The notes beneath the pieces are model-generated. The model did not search any database, was not told where the DNA came from, and saw nothing but the letters and a program-made list of their open reading frames with translations. This document shows positions 62,720-64,000 of a DNA stretch of 64,000 nt, piece after piece (position 1 is the first letter of the stretch; the number at the start of each line of letters is the position of its first letter). The DNA lies in the NCBI GenBank assembly GCA_963699515.1, contig CAVOUD010000002.1:98549-162548 (forward strand). Reading direction: 5' to 3'. The position numbers were made by a program, and so were the translations under genes. Source of the DNA: an uncultured Methanoregulaceae archaeon (GTDB lineage Archaea > Halobacteriota > Methanomicrobia > Methanomicrobiales > Methanospirillaceae).

Positions 62720-62943
62720 GTGAAAGTTGTTGGTCGAGCGATGAGCACCATTGGCAATCGGATGCTCATTATTCAATGTGATGCCGCCCAGCTTCCCCAT
62801 TGTACAGCGAAGTGACTGATCGTCGGATGAAACCTGTGGGAAAGATTCTGGACCTCTTTGGCAATGTCAAAGCACCCTATGCAGCAGTTCTCTGCCGGGA
62901 AAAATGCACTGTCCAGCCGAATGAAAAACTCTTCGCAAAATGA
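62720..62943 (+). CDS. gar1: H/ACA RNP protein Gar1 (apparent frameshift at CCCC near 62797); not in the ORF track
   Basis: MKVVG...QLP / LYSEVTDRRMKPVGKILDLFGNVKAPYAAV; canonical position upstream of tfb. Confidence 0.8.
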
Positions 62944-63008
62944 TAACAGAACACCCGGGATACGCCGGTTCTCAGGCAAGAAAAAAAATAAAAAATTGGT
63001 GATTGTTG

Positions 63009-64000
63009 ATGCAGGAAATTGAAAAATTAAAAGTCCTTCAGAGTGAACGGGAAGCACTCAAATTACGCACGAAGGGTAAAGAGATCGAGAAGAAGGCTGA
63101 AAATCATACCGAAACGGTCTGCCCGGAGTGCGGGGGCAGACAGCTTGTCCATGACTATGAACGGGCAGAACTGGTCTGTCAGGGATGCGGTCTTGTAATT
63201 GATGGGGACTTTATTGACCGCGGTCCTGAATGGCGTGCATTCGATCACGACCAGCGTATGAAGCGCTCACGTGTCGGGGCACCCATGACGTTTACGATCC
63301 ATGACAAAGGTCTTTCAACAATGATTGACTGGCGCAACCGGGACTCGTATGGCAGGGCAATCTCATCGAAAAACCGTGCACAGCTCTACCGGCTCCGCAA
63401 ATGGCAGCGCCGTATCCGGGTCAGTAATGCCACTGAGCGCAATCTTGCATTCGCCCTTTCAGAACTTGATCGAATGGCATCTGCACTCGGTCTCCCGAGA
63501 AACGTCCGTGAGACTGCAGCGGTTGTTTACCGTGATGCAGTTGACAAGAACCTGATCCGCGGACGGAGTATTGAAGGTGTTGCAGCAGCAGCACTCTATG
63601 CAGCCTGCCGCCAGTGCAATGTACCCCGTACTCTTGATGAGATTGCAGAAGTATCCCGTGTATCCAGAAAAGAGATCGGCAGGACATACCGGTTCATCTC
63701 CCGGGAACTCGGGCTCAAACTTCTCCCGACTTCGCCCATTGATTACGTACCGCGCTTCTGCTCCGGGCTTTCACTCAAGGGTGAGGTGCAGAGCCGCGCC
63801 GTGGAGATCCTGCGTCAGGCAGGAGAACGAGAGTTAACAAGCGGCAGGGGCCCGACCGGCGTTGCTGCAGCAGCAATTTATATTTCATCTATCCTTGGCG
63901 GTGAACGGCGCACCCAGCGTGAAGTGGCTGAAGTGGCAGGCGTCACAGAAGTCACTATCAGGAACAGATATAAGGAACTGGCAGAAAAGTTAGATATCGA
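63009..64000 (+). CDS. tfb: Transcription initiation factor TFB (apparent frameshift near 63074; runs off the window end)
   Basis: CPECG...C..CG zinc ribbon, GPEWRAF, RVGAP, HDKGLST, ERNL, RGRSIE and [10 protein letters not shown] motifs. Confidence 0.95.
   Translation, partial: MQEIEKLKVLQSEREALKLRTKGKEIEKKAENHTETVCPECGGRQLVHDYERAELVCQGCGLVIDGDFIDRGPEWRAFDHDQRMKRSRVGAPMTFTIHDKGLSTMIDWRNRDSYGRAISSKNRAQLYRLRKWQRRIRVSNATERNLAFALSELDRMASALGLPRNVRETAAVVYRDAVDKNLIRGRSIEGVAAAALYAACRQCNVPRTLDEIAEVSRVSRKEIGRTYRFISRELGLKLLPTSPIDYVPRFCSGLSLKGEVQSRAVEILRQAGERELTSGRGPTGVAAAAIYISSILGGERRTQREVAEVAGVTEVTIRNRYKELAEKLDI

Noticed and set aside
63060-63095. Programmed frameshift in tfb (and in gar1 or moeA)
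   Set aside because: No slippery heptamer or stimulatory structure; each is explained by a one-base homopolymer error.
1-64000. CRISPR array, prophage, integrase, transposase, intein or rRNA
   Set aside because: None seen: no regularly spaced repeats, and the core proteins have normal lengths.

Overview
64-kb chromosomal segment of a methanogenic euryarchaeon. Gene content and order suggest Methanomicrobiales, Methanoregula-like (inference). It is mostly core genome: thermosome, rps15-DHH-pcc1-rps3ae, apgM, a Ski2-like helicase, hypF/hypB, the dtdA-ftsZ-secE-spt5-L11-L1-P0-P1 cluster, moeA pair, ileS, Thg1-like protein, methanopterin genes (mptE, and a chorismate-lyase/RFAP-synthase fusion), aIF5B, rps6e, rps8e, SRP19, Gar1, TFB, tRNA-Lys(CTT) and tRNA-His(GTG). 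Two accessory patches lie at about 2.2-7.0 kb and 43.6-55.9 kb. About 15 genes carry apparent single-base indels, many in short homopolymers and some in conserved genes (TFB, Gar1), so most frameshifts are probably sequencing or assembly errors. No CRISPR array, integrase or transposase was seen, and I cannot support a large new multi-gene system. The best leads are: (1) a 124-bp near-perfect structured direct repeat bracketing a three-gene rubrerythrin cassette; (2) a family of degenerate structured intergenic elements; (3) an ABC permease fused to a PrsW-type protease; (4) DtdA carrying an RNase Z-like tRNA-clamp arm; (5) a tRNA-His lacking an encoded G-1, with its likely repair enzyme in the same window; (6) a hidden frameshifted PD-(D/E)XK nuclease beside a tRNA-3'-like scar; (7) S15 and L1 ribosomal leader RNAs.
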